From assembly GCA_947447115.1 (NCBI GenBank), contig CANFKD010000001.1, forward strand, positions 286 through 64,285: a stretch of DNA of 64,000 nucleotides, given 5' to 3'. A program made the translations under genes and the position numbers. This DNA comes from Caulobacteraceae bacterium. GTDB lineage: Bacteria; Pseudomonadota; Alphaproteobacteria; Caulobacterales; Caulobacteraceae. The notes under the pieces were generated by a model. It made no database searches, was not told the DNA's origin, and was given only the letters and a program-made list of their open reading frames with translations. Below are positions 45,098 through 55,907 of this stretch, one piece after another (the first letter of the stretch is position 1; each line of letters opens with the position of its first letter).

Positions 45098-46183
45098 ATG
45101 CGCATTGGTGTTCCCAAAGAAATTAAGGATCAAGAATATCGCGTCGGTATGACGCCGGGCATTGTCAGTCTCTTGTCCCACGATGGCGCGGAGGTTGTCG
45201 TAGAAACCGGGGCTGGTGCGGCGTTAGGCTTTACGGACGCCGATTATCAGGCTGCCGGGGCCGTGATCTTGCCTGATGCCGACGCGGTCTTTGCGGCTGC
45301 GCAAATGATCGTCAAGGTCAAGGAGCCGCAGCCCATTGAAATTGCGCGGCTCACACCAAACCATCTGCTCTTTACCTATCTTCATCTGGCCGCGGACCGG
45401 GCGCAGGCTGAGGGCCTGATGCAATCGGGCTGTGCCGCAATTGCCTATGAGACGGTTACCGACGGGAACGGGCGTTTGCCGCTGCTTGCGCCCATGAGCC
45501 AAGTGGCAGGTCGAATGGCGGTGGATGTCGGGGCCAATGCCCTTTTGCGCCATAATGGCGGCCGTGGTCTTCTACTCGGCGGCGTCCCGGGTGTGGCCCC
45601 GGCCAAGGTTGTGATCTTGGGCGGCGGTGTGTCTGGGATCAATGCGGCTCAGATGGCGCTCGGTCACCATGCCGACGTGACCCTGTTTGATATTTCGCTC
45701 GAACGCCTCGCTCAGATAGACGCCCAGTTTGGGGGTCATATCAAAACGCTCTATTCGGAACCGGCGTCCATTGCAGCCGCCGTCGCTGAAGCGGATCTCG
45801 TCATTGGATGCGTGCTCTTGCCCGGTGCTGCGGCCCCAAAGCTGGTCAAGCGCGCTGATTTAGCAAGGATGAAGCCCGGCGCGGTCCTTGTTGATGTTGC
45901 CATTGATCAGGGCGGCTGTTTTGAGACCAGTCACCCAACCACCCATACCCAGCCCACCTTTGTCGTTGATGGAATTGTTCACTATTGCGTGGCGAACATG
46001 CCCGGTGCCGCGCCCTTGACCTCGACAGCGGCCCTTACGGCGGCCACGGCTCCCTATATTCGCGCCCTAGCCTTAAAGGGCTTGGACCGTGCAATGGCCG
46101 ACGATCTGGGGCTGGCAGCGGGATTGAATGTACGGGCCGGACGGATCACAAATCAGGCAGTCGCCAGGGCCCTGAATCTTTAA
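45098..46183 (+). CDS. ald: alanine dehydrogenase
   Basis: MRIGVPKEIKDQEYRVG, the NAD fold VVILGGGVSGINAA and VDVAIDQGG. AGGAGG lies upstream of the ATG at 45098. The longer track ORF (from 44888) overlaps lrp and is not credible. Confidence 0.93.
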   Translation: MRIGVPKEIKDQEYRVGMTPGIVSLLSHDGAEVVVETGAGAALGFTDADYQAAGAVILPDADAVFAAAQMIVKVKEPQPIEIARLTPNHLLFTYLHLAADRAQAEGLMQSGCAAIAYETVTDGNGRLPLLAPMSQVAGRMAVDVGANALLRHNGGRGLLLGGVPGVAPAKVVILGGGVSGINAAQMALGHHADVTLFDISLERLAQIDAQFGGHIKTLYSEPASIAAAVAEADLVIGCVLLPGAAAPKLVKRADLARMKPGAVLVDVAIDQGGCFETSHPTTHTQPTFVVDGIVHYCVANMPGAAPLTSTAALTAATAPYIRALALKGLDRAMADDLGLAAGLNVRAGRITNQAVARALNL

Positions 46184-46361
46184 TCAAGGCTCGAAAGGCC
46201 CGCTCGGTTCGCGTCGAACTGGCGCGGGTCATCTGCTGATCCCTTATCGCCAAATCCGATCAGAAAGGATTATCTATCATTTCGATGTCACGGATTGAAT
46301 GGGACGGCGCCATTGAGCGCCCTAAAGCCCTGCCGGTCCGATAGAATCAAAGGAATGGAAG

Positions 46362-47798
46362 ATGTTTGATCCTGTTACCGATGCGTTGATCGGCGGTCAT
46401 TGGATCGCTGGGCCCTCGCGCTTTGCTGTGACCAACCCCGCCGATGGGTCTGTCATTGCTGAGGTCGCCAATCTTGGTCCCATCGAGACCTTAGCGGCGA
46501 TCGATGCGGCGCAAAAAGCCTTGCCCGCTTGGTCGGCCTTAACGGCGAAGGCAAGGTCCGCCATCTTGATGCGCTGGAACGCCTTGATCCTCGAAAATAC
46601 CGAAGCCTTGGCCGAACTCATGACCGCCGAACAGGGCAAACCCTTAAATGAGGCCCGCGGCGAGGTGGCCTATGGTGCGTCCTTTGTTGAATGGTTCGCC
46701 GAGGAGGGCAAGCGGGCCTACGGTCACACGATCCCGACAACGGCCTCGTCCAAGCGGATGATGTCGATCAAACAGCCCGTAGGCGTATGTGCGGCCATCA
46801 CCCCGTGGAATTTCCCCATTGCCATGATCACCCGCAAGGTTGGGCCGGCCTTGGCGGCTGGCTCTACAGTTGTGGTCAAGCCTTCTGAGGAAACTCCGCT
46901 CTGTGCTTTGGCGTTGGCGCGGTTGGCGGAGATTGCCGGCGTTCCTGCGGGCGTTTTGAACGTGGTTACAGGCACCGATGCGGCCGCCATTGGTCAGGTG
47001 CTCTGCGACGATCCCCGGGTGCGCAAACTGTCCTTCACCGGCTCGACCGAGGTTGGCAAGATCCTCTATCGCCAATGTGCCGGGACGGTCAAAAAGCTGT
47101 CGCTGGAGCTGGGCGGCAATGCGCCGTTCATTGTCTTTGATGACGCCGACCTTGATGCGGCCGTGGCCGGGGCCTTGGCTTCTAAATATCGCAATGCGGG
47201 CCAGACCTGCGTCTGCGCCAACCGGATGTTGGTTCAATCTGGTATCTATGAGGCCTTTGCCGAACGCTTAGCCCAAGAGGTTGGGGCCTTTGCGGTCGGT
47301 GCAGGTTCTGATCCCGATACTGTCATCGGACCGCTAATCAATGATGAGGCGATCGATAAGGTCGAACATCTCGTCAACGCGGCTCTGGCCATGGGGGCAA
47401 AGGCTTTGACTGGCGGCGGGCGTCATGATGCAGGATCCCAGTTCTACACCCCCACCGTCCTTGTCGATGTGACGCCGCAGATGGAGATCTTCAGTCAGGA
47501 GATCTTTGGCCCGGTTGCGCCGCTCTTCAAGTTCGAGACAGAAGCAGAAGCCATCGCATTGGCCAATGGCACCCCCTACGGGCTGGCCTCCTATTTCTAT
47601 AGCCAAGACGTCAACCGCTGTTGGCGGGTCGGCGAGGCGCTCGAATTTGGCATGGTCGGGATCAATGAGGGTCTATTTTCCACCGAAGTCGCCCCCTTCG
47701 GGGGATGGAAGGAAAGCGGGCTCGGCCGCGAGGGTGCCTCAGAGGGCCTGAGCGAATATCTCGAAACCAAATATCTGTGCTTTGGCGGGGTGCAATGA
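46362..47798 (+). CDS. gabD: NAD(P)-dependent succinate-semialdehyde dehydrogenase
   Basis: ALDH motifs ITPWNFP, LELGGNAP and the catalytic Cys in GQTCVCANR; PFGGWKESGLGREG. Confidence 0.88.
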   Translation: MFDPVTDALIGGHWIAGPSRFAVTNPADGSVIAEVANLGPIETLAAIDAAQKALPAWSALTAKARSAILMRWNALILENTEALAELMTAEQGKPLNEARGEVAYGASFVEWFAEEGKRAYGHTIPTTASSKRMMSIKQPVGVCAAITPWNFPIAMITRKVGPALAAGSTVVVKPSEETPLCALALARLAEIAGVPAGVLNVVTGTDAAAIGQVLCDDPRVRKLSFTGSTEVGKILYRQCAGTVKKLSLELGGNAPFIVFDDADLDAAVAGALASKYRNAGQTCVCANRMLVQSGIYEAFAERLAQEVGAFAVGAGSDPDTVIGPLINDEAIDKVEHLVNAALAMGAKALTGGGRHDAGSQFYTPTVLVDVTPQMEIFSQEIFGPVAPLFKFETEAEAIALANGTPYGLASYFYSQDVNRCWRVGEALEFGMVGINEGLFSTEVAPFGGWKESGLGREGASEGLSEYLETKYLCFGGVQ

Positions 47799-49147
47799 TT
47801 GGGCCCGTCCTCGCACACATTTTAGATCAAGAACGGGCGCGGTTTTCCGCCGCTCATCCAACCAGCGCTGCCTTAGCCCTAAAGGCTAAAGACCATTGGC
47901 TAGGCGGTGTCCCCATGCACTGGATGGGCGACTGGGCCACGCCCTTTGCGATCTTTGCAAAGTCAGGGCAGGGTGCTCGCTTGATCGATGTGGATGGCCT
48001 CGTCTATGACGATTTTTGCCTGGCCGACACGCCCTCCATGTTCGGCCATGGCCTAGAGGTCGTAGCCAAGGCCTTAGCCGACCAGGCCTCTAGGGGTACG
48101 GGCTTTATGTTGCCCACAGAAGATGCCGCCGAGGTCGGCCAACTGCTCAGCGCGCGCTTTGGACTGCCCTATTGGCAGACGGCCAATACCGCGACCGACG
48201 CCAATCGCGCGGCGATCCGGTGGGCCAGAGCGGTGACAGGACGCTCACAGATCTTGGTCTTTGACGGCTGCTATCATGGGGCTGTTGATGACACCTTCGT
48301 CAGCCTAGCCAGCGGCAAGCCTGCGCTCAAGGCGGGGCTTGTGGGTCAGGTTCATGATGTGGCCGCCTTTACTAAGGTCATCGACTTTAATGATTTGGCG
48401 GCGCTGGAGGCGGCATTAGCGCCCGGTGATGTGGCCTGCGTGCTGGCCGAGCCGGTTATGACCAACTGCGGTATGATCGTCCCCGATGAGGGCTATCTGG
48501 AGGGCCTGCGGGCCCTGACGCGCCAATATGGCACGCTGCTTTTGATCGATGAGACCCATACGATCTCGACAGGTCCGGGAGGGGCGACCGTCGCCTATAG
48601 GCTTGAGCCCGATGTTTTCACCCTTGGCAAGGCCATAGCCGGTGGGGTTCCAGCGGCGGTTTGGGGGGTAACGTCCGACCTCGCCGAGCGGATGGCCAAG
48701 GCGGCTCAATCCATAGGGCCGGGCTATTCGGGGATGGGTACGACCCTGTCAGGCAATGCCCTGTCCCTTGCCGCCATGAAGGTAATGTTGACGAAGGTCA
48801 TGACGCCAAAGGCCTATGGGCTGATGTTGGCCGGTGCAGAGCGCTTGGTCGCGGGCCTAAGGCGTGTGATCGCGGCGCGAGGACTGGCTTGGAGCGCGGT
48901 TCAGGTGGGGGCGCGGGTCGAGCTGGTCTTTGCCAATCCGCCGCCTCGTAATGCCAAACAGATGCGCGTAGCGCTTGATCATGGCCTTCTCGAAGCGCTG
49001 CATCTATTTTTGATCAATCGCGGCGTGCTTATTGCGCCGTTTCACAACATGATGTTGGTGTCTCCTCATACTGAAGATGCGGCCATTGATCGGCTCGTTG
49101 CCGCTGTTGATGACTTTGCCGCTACTCTGGAAAGTTTGGACCTATGA
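47795..49147 (+). CDS. class-III (omega) aminotransferase, glutamate-1-semialdehyde aminomutase-like
   Basis: The ATGA overlap with the gabD stop indicates coupling. LIDETHT and TLGKAIAGG (PLP Lys) are present. Confidence 0.8.
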   Translation: MIGPVLAHILDQERARFSAAHPTSAALALKAKDHWLGGVPMHWMGDWATPFAIFAKSGQGARLIDVDGLVYDDFCLADTPSMFGHGLEVVAKALADQASRGTGFMLPTEDAAEVGQLLSARFGLPYWQTANTATDANRAAIRWARAVTGRSQILVFDGCYHGAVDDTFVSLASGKPALKAGLVGQVHDVAAFTKVIDFNDLAALEAALAPGDVACVLAEPVMTNCGMIVPDEGYLEGLRALTRQYGTLLLIDETHTISTGPGGATVAYRLEPDVFTLGKAIAGGVPAAVWGVTSDLAERMAKAAQSIGPGYSGMGTTLSGNALSLAAMKVMLTKVMTPKAYGLMLAGAERLVAGLRRVIAARGLAWSAVQVGARVELVFANPPPRNAKQMRVALDHGLLEALHLFLINRGVLIAPFHNMMLVSPHTEDAAIDRLVAAVDDFAATLESLDL

Positions 49148-50547
49148 CCACTGCTGTTCCCAAGCCCCATCCTGGCGTTGCGCTTCCAGAAGAGTGCCGC
49201 CAGTTTCTGGAGGCCCATCCTGAGATCCAATATTTCGACATCTTCTTCACCAGCATGACCGGCGTGCCGCGTGGCAAGCGCCTGCGTCGTCATGAGTTGA
49301 TGCCGATCTATGACTATGGACGGTTCTTGCCGGGCTCAGTGCTGGTGGTGGATACCAATGGCGCGGACTGCGAGGAGACGGGTCTGGTCTGGGAAGACGG
49401 CGACGCTGACCGCCTTGCCCGTCCCGTCCCTGGAACACTGACACCTGCGCCGTGGCTCGGCCCGGACGTCGGGCAGGTGATGCTATCTCTCTATGAGCTG
49501 GACGGGACACCTAACGATTTGGACCCGCGCCATGTGTTGCAGCGTGTCATCGACCGGTTTGCCGCCGATGGTTTGACGCCGGTCACGGCCTGCGAATTGG
49601 AATATTATCTGGTGGATTTGGAGCGGACAGCGGACGGTGATCTGCAGCCGCCAAAATCGGCGCTCACAGGCCATCGGCCCAGCGGCATTCAGGTCTACGG
49701 CCTGCCGGAACTGGAGGCCATCTCTCCGTTCTTGCGCGAGCTTTGGACGACCTGCGACGTACTGGGCGTGCCGCTTGAAGGCGCCATTTCTGAATTTGCG
49801 CCAAGCCAGGTGGAACTGACCCTTAAGCACAAGCCCGACGCCTTGCGCGCCGCTGATGATGCCTTGATCTACAAGCGCGCCGCCAAGGGTATTGCGCTTC
49901 GTCACGGCTGTGAGGCGACCTTTATGGCCAAGCCTTGGGCAGACCGGGCCGGCAGTGGCTTTCATATGCATGTGAGCTTTAACAATGGTGCCGGAGAGAA
50001 CCTTTGCGCCAGTGACGATCTGCAAGGCTCGCCCATGCTCAAGCACGCCATCGGCGGTATGAAAGAGTTGCTTGGCGACTGCATGGCCATCCTCGCGCCA
50101 AACGCCAATTCCTATCGCCGGTTTAAGGCCAATTCCTATGCGCCGGTTGCTCCGACCTGGGGCGTCAATAACCGCACCGTGTCCTTGCGCGTGCCTGCGG
50201 GCCTACCTCCTACCCGCCATGTCGAGCATCGGGTCGCAGGGGCCGACGCCAACCCCTATCTGGTGCTGGCCGTGATCTTGGCCTGTGCGCACCACGGCAT
50301 TAGCCATCAGATCGATCCGGGCCCTGCTGTGGTCGGTGATGGTTATGCGGCTGCCAAGGACGCCAATGTGCGCCTGCCGTCGAACTGGTTCTCGGCTGTC
50401 GATCTTTTTGATCAGTCCAGCGTCCTGCGCGACTATCTGGGTGATCGCTTTGTAGACATGTTTGTCTCGGTAAAGCGCACCGAACAGGCGCGGTTTAATG
50501 AGGTCGTCACAGCGTTGGATTTTGATTGGTATTTGCGCAACGCGTGA
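49144..50547 (+). CDS. glutamine synthetase family protein (gamma-glutamyl-polyamine synthetase, PuuA/SpuB/PauA-like)
   Basis: CELEYYL, FHMHVS, NSYRR, NRTVSLRVP and EHRVAGADANPYL. It overlaps the preceding gene by 4 nt. Confidence 0.88.
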   Translation: MTTAVPKPHPGVALPEECRQFLEAHPEIQYFDIFFTSMTGVPRGKRLRRHELMPIYDYGRFLPGSVLVVDTNGADCEETGLVWEDGDADRLARPVPGTLTPAPWLGPDVGQVMLSLYELDGTPNDLDPRHVLQRVIDRFAADGLTPVTACELEYYLVDLERTADGDLQPPKSALTGHRPSGIQVYGLPELEAISPFLRELWTTCDVLGVPLEGAISEFAPSQVELTLKHKPDALRAADDALIYKRAAKGIALRHGCEATFMAKPWADRAGSGFHMHVSFNNGAGENLCASDDLQGSPMLKHAIGGMKELLGDCMAILAPNANSYRRFKANSYAPVAPTWGVNNRTVSLRVPAGLPPTRHVEHRVAGADANPYLVLAVILACAHHGISHQIDPGPAVVGDGYAAAKDANVRLPSNWFSAVDLFDQSSVLRDYLGDRFVDMFVSVKRTEQARFNEVVTALDFDWYLRNA

Positions 50548-50655
50548 AACTGTAGGCCCGTATGAGACCAATTGAAGCTTGCGCGGTGACAGCAATTGGC
50601 ACCACCCTGCTCAATTGATAGTTTTTGCCAAATTATAAGATGAGGGGATCAGATC

Positions 50656-51768
50656 ATGAGTGACAAGACCGGTGCTTCAAGACGTTCTCTCCTGACAGCC
50701 CTCGGGGCGTCCGGCGCGGCTGCGGTGGGCCTGAGTTTCGCGGGAGGCCTGACGGGCTGTAGTCCTAAAGAAGCGGCCAAGCCTGCATCGGGAAGCGAAG
50801 AGCCCAAGCTCAACTTCTATAATTGGGACACCTATATCGGCCCCTCGACCTTGGCAGATTATAAAAAGGCCAGTGGCGTCGATGTCAGCATGAGCCTCTT
50901 TGCCACCAATGACGAACTGTTCGCCAAGCTAAAGGCCGGCAATCCGGGCTTTGACGTCATCGTCCCATCCAATGAGTTTGTCACGCGGATGAGCCAATCG
51001 GGCATGTTGATGCCTTTGGACCATGCCAAGATCCCCAATATCAAAAATATTGATCCGACCTTTTTGAATCCAGAATTCGATCCCGGCCGTAAGTTTTCCA
51101 TGCCCTATACTTGGCTCGTCCTTGGCATCGGCTATCGCAAATCCAAGGTGAAGGCTGTGCCCGACAGCTGGAAATATCTGTTCGATTCCGATCAATATAA
51201 GGGCCGGATCGCGCTTCTGTCTGAATCAGCCGATCTGATGCGCCTGTCGGCAAAATATAAGGGCCATTCGGTCAACAATATCCCGCCCGAAATGATCGCC
51301 CAGCTGGAGGCCATGCTGATCAAGCAAAAGCCCTTCATCAAGGCCTTCCACGACGACAATGGCCAAGACATGCTTCTGGCTGGCGATGTCGATCTGGTGC
51401 TCGAATATAATGGCGACATTGCTCAGATTATGCAGGAAGACCCTGATATTGGCTTTGTCGTGCCAAAGGAAGGCAGCCTGATCAATTCCGACACCCTTTG
51501 CATTCCAGTCGGTGCCCCGCGCCCTAACAACGCTCACGCCTTCATCAACTATCTGTTGGACGCTCAGGCAGGCTCTGAGATCACCAAGGAAATTCTCTAT
51601 CCGACCCCCAATGCCGCGGCCAAGGCCCTGATGCCGGACAGCTATCGCAACAACCCTGTGATCTTCCCGCCAGCGGCTATCATGGCCAAATGTGAATATG
51701 GGGCCTTTGAGGGCGCGGAAAAATCCAGGCTGTTCGAAGAGGCGATTACGCGCGTTCGTGCGGCCTAG
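50656..51768 (+). CDS. polyamine ABC transporter substrate-binding lipoprotein (PotD/PotF/SpuD-like), copy 1
   Basis: The leader has SRRSLL followed by the lipobox LTGC. FYNWDTYI, DVIVPSN and the overall PotF-like pattern follow. Confidence 0.9.
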   Translation: MSDKTGASRRSLLTALGASGAAAVGLSFAGGLTGCSPKEAAKPASGSEEPKLNFYNWDTYIGPSTLADYKKASGVDVSMSLFATNDELFAKLKAGNPGFDVIVPSNEFVTRMSQSGMLMPLDHAKIPNIKNIDPTFLNPEFDPGRKFSMPYTWLVLGIGYRKSKVKAVPDSWKYLFDSDQYKGRIALLSESADLMRLSAKYKGHSVNNIPPEMIAQLEAMLIKQKPFIKAFHDDNGQDMLLAGDVDLVLEYNGDIAQIMQEDPDIGFVVPKEGSLINSDTLCIPVGAPRPNNAHAFINYLLDAQAGSEITKEILYPTPNAAAKALMPDSYRNNPVIFPPAAIMAKCEYGAFEGAEKSRLFEEAITRVRAA

Positions 51769-51814
51769 TTTAGCCTAGTCCCTGTTGGGCAGGCGTAAGG
51801 GGAGGGGGACCATC

Positions 51815-52927
51815 ATGACCCGCAAGATCGATCGTTCCAAACGCGCCTTGATGGCCGCCTTGGGCGCATCTGGTGCGGCTGCCGTTGGCTTAAGCCTTTC
51901 TGGCGGCCTTGCCGGATGTAGTCCAAAACCGGCCCCGAAGGACGCTGAGGTTGGTGAAGGAAACCAACTGAACTTTTACAACTGGGACACCTATATCGGC
52001 TCAAACACCTTGGCGGAGTTCAAAAAGGACACCGGTATTGAGGTGACCATAAACCTCTTTGCGACGGCCGATGAACTGTTCGCCAAGTTCAAGGCGGGTA
52101 ATCCCGGTTTTGACGTCATCGTCCCGCCCAATGAGTTCGTCACCCGGATGAGCCAAGCGGGGATGTTGATGGCCTTGGATCATGCCAAGATCCCTAACAT
52201 CAAGAATATAGACCCCTCTTTCCTGAACCCTGAGTTCGACCCGGGCCGCAAATTCTCCATGCCCTACACCTGGTCGGTGCTGGGCATTGGCTATCGCAAG
52301 TCCAAGGTTAAGTCGGTGCCTGACAGTTGGAAGTACCTGTTTGAGTCCGACGACTATAAGGGGCGCATTGCGCTTCTGTCTGAGTCAGGGGACCTGATGC
52401 GCTTGGCCGCGAAATATAGGGGCCATTCGGTCGATAATATCCCCGCTGAGATGATCCCCGCGCTTGAGGCCATGCTGATCAAGCAAAAGCCGTTCATCAA
52501 GGCCTTTCATGATGACAATGGTCAGGACCTGCTGCTGGCTAGGGACGTCGATCTGGTGATGGAATATAATGGCGACATTGCCCAGATCATGTCCGAGGAT
52601 CCCGACATCGATTTTGTCGTACCCAAGGAGGGCAGTCTGGCCAATTCGGACACGCTCTGTATTCCCGCTGGTGCGGTCCATCCCAACAATGCCCACGCCT
52701 TCATCAACTATCTCTTGGATGCGCAGGTCGGCGCGGACATCACCAAGCAGATTCTCTATCCGACCCCGAATGCTGCCGCTAAGGCCCTGATGCCGGAGAG
52801 CTACCGATCCAATCCGGTGATCTTTCCAAGCCAAGACATTATGGCCAAGTGCGAATTTAGCCTGTTTGAGGGCCCCGAGAAGGCAAGGTTCTTCGAAGAG
52901 GCCATGACCCGTATTCGAGCGGCCTAG
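51815..52927 (+). CDS. polyamine ABC transporter substrate-binding lipoprotein, copy 2 (tandem paralog)
   Basis: About 80-85 percent identical to copy 1 by eye over the mature part. The leader is SKRALM ... LAGC. GGAGGGGG lies upstream of the ATG at 51815. Confidence 0.9.
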   Translation: MTRKIDRSKRALMAALGASGAAAVGLSLSGGLAGCSPKPAPKDAEVGEGNQLNFYNWDTYIGSNTLAEFKKDTGIEVTINLFATADELFAKFKAGNPGFDVIVPPNEFVTRMSQAGMLMALDHAKIPNIKNIDPSFLNPEFDPGRKFSMPYTWSVLGIGYRKSKVKSVPDSWKYLFESDDYKGRIALLSESGDLMRLAAKYRGHSVDNIPAEMIPALEAMLIKQKPFIKAFHDDNGQDLLLARDVDLVMEYNGDIAQIMSEDPDIDFVVPKEGSLANSDTLCIPAGAVHPNNAHAFINYLLDAQVGADITKQILYPTPNAAAKALMPESYRSNPVIFPSQDIMAKCEFSLFEGPEKARFFEEAMTRIRAA

Positions 52928-52962
52928 GTTTTGATCTTCAAGCGGTAAGGAAAGGGGAGGGG

Positions 52963-53871
52963 ATGGAACAGAGTTGGAACCGCGCAAAGGCGATCTTTGC
53001 CACCGTCCTTGGCCCGCCCTTGGCGTGGCTGTTGCTGTTCTTCCTGATCCCGCTGACCATCGTCTGGGTCTATAGTTTTGGTACCAATGTCGGCCTGACT
53101 GAGATCGCCTTTACGGGCACCTTTTCCAACTATGCCCGGGCTGTTGAACCGCTCTATGTCGGTATATTTTTGAAATCAGTCGGGGTGGCGGGCTTAACGA
53201 CCCTGCTCTGTTTGATTGTTGGCTTTCCAGTCGCTTTGGCCATCACCTTTGCCCCCGATAGGCTTAAGGCGTGGCTGATCCTCTTGGTCATGTTGCCGTT
53301 CTGGACCAACCTCTTGATCCGGACCTACGCCCTGATCGCGGTCTTGCGAACCGAGGGCTATGTGAACCTAAGCCTTGGGTGGCTGTGGACCCATGCCAGC
53401 GGCTTGATGACTATGGTTGGCCTCAGTCCCCTCACCCGTTTTGAGCCGCTGGAGTTGTTGCACAATAATTTCGCAGTCGTCTTTGGTCTGGTCTATGTCC
53501 ATCTGCCCTTTATGGTCTTGCCGCTCTATTCGGCCTTGGACCGGCTTGATCGCTCCTTGCTTGAGGCTAGCCTTGATCTGGGCGCGGGCCATGTTCGCAC
53601 CATGATGATGGTGGTGGTGCCGCTGGCCTTGCCCGGGATTGCCTCGGGCATTTTGATCACCTTCATACCCGCCCTTGGGGCCTATCTGACACCAGACCTA
53701 TTGGGCGGGCCTGATAGCCAGATGATTGCCAACATCATTGAGCGCCAGTTCAAGCGCGCCAATGACTGGCCCTTTGGCGCGGCCCTGTCGTTCCTGCTGA
53801 TGTATATGACCTTCATCGCCATTGCCCTGCAGGCCATGTTGGCCAAGCGCAAGACGGAGGCTGGGTCGTGA
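52963..53871 (+). CDS. polyamine ABC transporter permease (PotB/SpuG-like)
   Basis: Six TM helices and the EAA loop LEASLDLGAG. Confidence 0.9.
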   Translation: MEQSWNRAKAIFATVLGPPLAWLLLFFLIPLTIVWVYSFGTNVGLTEIAFTGTFSNYARAVEPLYVGIFLKSVGVAGLTTLLCLIVGFPVALAITFAPDRLKAWLILLVMLPFWTNLLIRTYALIAVLRTEGYVNLSLGWLWTHASGLMTMVGLSPLTRFEPLELLHNNFAVVFGLVYVHLPFMVLPLYSALDRLDRSLLEASLDLGAGHVRTMMMVVVPLALPGIASGILITFIPALGAYLTPDLLGGPDSQMIANIIERQFKRANDWPFGAALSFLLMYMTFIAIALQAMLAKRKTEAGS

Positions 53872-54737
53872 GCAAAAGGTCGCTAGGGTCAGCCTCGGGC
53901 CCGTTGGAATATCTACGCCGCTGGCCGCTTCAGGCTTGGCTGGTGATGGTGGGCATTTTTCTCTACGCCCCCTTGCTGACCCTGATGGCGTTCAGCTTTA
54001 ACGATTCCAAACGCAACATCGTCTGGAAGGGCTTTACGCTCAAATATTATGACAAGGTGCTGCATAACGACAGCCTGATCGCCGCCTTTGGCAATTCTCT
54101 CACCATCGCCGCCATCTCGACCCTGATCAGCGTGATTTTGGGGGCTATGGCGGCGCTCTTGCTCTGGCGGTTCAGATTTAAAGGCAAGGCCGTGCTTGAT
54201 GGGGCCATGGCCCTGCCGATCGTGGTGCCTGAGATCTGTATGGGCGTGGCGATGTTGGTGTTCTTTGCCAAGGTCATGCCCTGGCCCACAGGCCTGCCTT
54301 GGCCGCTCAATCTGGGGGCCATCATTATTTCCCACGTCTCGTTCTCATTCCCCTTCGTCGCCGTGGTGGTCCGTGCACGACTCGCCTCGTTCAATCGCGA
54401 ATTGGAAGAGGCCGCAAAGGATCTGGGTGCGGGGGAATTTATGACAATCCGCGATGTCTTGATCCCCCATATGCAGCCCTCATTGATCGCAGGCGCGCTG
54501 CTGGCCTTTACGCTGAGCCTCGATGATTTTGTCATTACCTTCTTTACGTCGGGACCGGACACAGTGACCTTCCCGGTGAAGGTCTATTCGATGGTTCGGT
54601 TCTCGGTCACGCCAGAGGTCAATGCCGCCTCGACCATCCTGATCGTCTTCACCGTCATTTTGGCGGCGCTGGCCATTCGCCTGCAGGGGGCTACGGCCGT
54701 CGCCGGTGGCCATGCGCCCGACGCTTCGTCCAAGTGA
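53868..54737 (+). CDS. polyamine ABC transporter permease (PotC/SpuH-like)
   Basis: Six TM helices and the EAA loop LEEAAKDLGAG. It overlaps the preceding permease gene by 4 nt. Confidence 0.9.
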   Translation: MSKRSLGSASGPLEYLRRWPLQAWLVMVGIFLYAPLLTLMAFSFNDSKRNIVWKGFTLKYYDKVLHNDSLIAAFGNSLTIAAISTLISVILGAMAALLLWRFRFKGKAVLDGAMALPIVVPEICMGVAMLVFFAKVMPWPTGLPWPLNLGAIIISHVSFSFPFVAVVVRARLASFNRELEEAAKDLGAGEFMTIRDVLIPHMQPSLIAGALLAFTLSLDDFVITFFTSGPDTVTFPVKVYSMVRFSVTPEVNAASTILIVFTVILAALAIRLQGATAVAGGHAPDASSK

Positions 54738-55897
54738 GCCGCCCCGACATGCCCGCACCCCTCACCAAAACAGCCCCACGCAAGCCCATCATCAGTTTCG
54801 AGAACATCACCAAGCGCTACGGCAAGGTGGTGGCCGTGGACAATGTCAGCCTGACCATTGAGGAGGGGGAGTTCTTCTCGCTCTTGGGCCCATCGGGCTG
54901 TGGCAAGACGACCCTGCTGCGCATGCTCGCCGGGTTCGAAGTGCCGACTGAAGGACGTATCCTGATAGACGGCCAAGATGTCAGCCAGATCCCGCCCAAC
55001 AAGCGCCCCGTCAATATGGTGTTCCAGTCCTACGCTGTGTTCCCCCATATGAGCGTTGCCGACAATGTCGCCTATGGGCTCAAGGTCGATGGCGTACCAG
55101 CCGCCGAACGCGATCGCCGGGTCGAAGAGGCCTTGGCGCTGGTCAAGCTTGAGGGCTATGGCGCACGAAAGCCCGATCAACTGTCGGGGGGGCAGCGTCA
55201 GCGGGTGGCTCTGGCCAGGGCACTGGTCAAGCGGCCACGGGTGCTGTTGCTCGATGAGCCCCTGTCGGCATTGGATGCCAAGTTGCGCGATCAGATGCGC
55301 TCTGAACTGACACAGTTACAAGAAAAGGTCGGCATCACCTTCATTATGGTGACCCACGATCAGGACGAGGCCTTGGCCATGGCCACCCGGTGCGCGGTGA
55401 TGAACCGTGGCCTCTTGCAACAGGTGGCAACGCCCAGCGATCTTTATGAGTTCCCCAACTCGCGGTTTGTGGCGGACTTTATCGGACAGGTGAACCTCTT
55501 TGAGGGCCAGTTGACGGTCGATGAGCCAGACCATGCGGTGATCAGCTCCGACGAGGCGGGCGTTCCGATCTATCTAGACCACGGGGTCACGGGCGCGGCC
55601 AACACCACCCTCTGGGCGGCCATTCGGCCCGAAAAGATTGAGATCCATAAGCGCGCCGAAGGGGCCTCCTCGATTAAGATGGAGGATGCGCCAGAGGGTC
55701 ATAATGTCGTGGCCGGAACCATCACCCATCTGTCCTATCTTGGCTCTGAAACCGTGTTCGATGTGACCTTGGACAATGGTCGCTTGGTCAAGGTGGTGAG
55801 GTCGAACCTGACCCGCTGGGATCAAGAAGACTTCACGTGGGATGAGCCAGTTTGGCTGTCGTGGCACGCCTGTTCGCCTGCCGTGCTGCTGTCTTGA
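54734..55897 (+). CDS. potA: polyamine ABC transporter ATP-binding protein (PotA/PotG/SpuF-like)
   Basis: Walker [36 protein letters not shown] and a C-terminal TOBE-like domain. Confidence 0.92.
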   Translation: MSRPDMPAPLTKTAPRKPIISFENITKRYGKVVAVDNVSLTIEEGEFFSLLGPSGCGKTTLLRMLAGFEVPTEGRILIDGQDVSQIPPNKRPVNMVFQSYAVFPHMSVADNVAYGLKVDGVPAAERDRRVEEALALVKLEGYGARKPDQLSGGQRQRVALARALVKRPRVLLLDEPLSALDAKLRDQMRSELTQLQEKVGITFIMVTHDQDEALAMATRCAVMNRGLLQQVATPSDLYEFPNSRFVADFIGQVNLFEGQLTVDEPDHAVISSDEAGVPIYLDHGVTGAANTTLWAAIRPEKIEIHKRAEGASSIKMEDAPEGHNVVAGTITHLSYLGSETVFDVTLDNGRLVKVVRSNLTRWDQEDFTWDEPVWLSWHACSPAVLLS

Positions 55898-55907
55898 TAT
55901 CAAGGCC

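Noticed and set aside
40298-55180. Other long antisense ORFs: 40298..40858, 46644..47237, 49483..50046, 52385..52987, 53913..54335, 54047..54562 and 54584..55180.
   Set aside because: Each lies within a motif-supported plus-strand gene (amidase, gabD, GS-like gene, SBP2, permease, potA). None has recognisable motifs.
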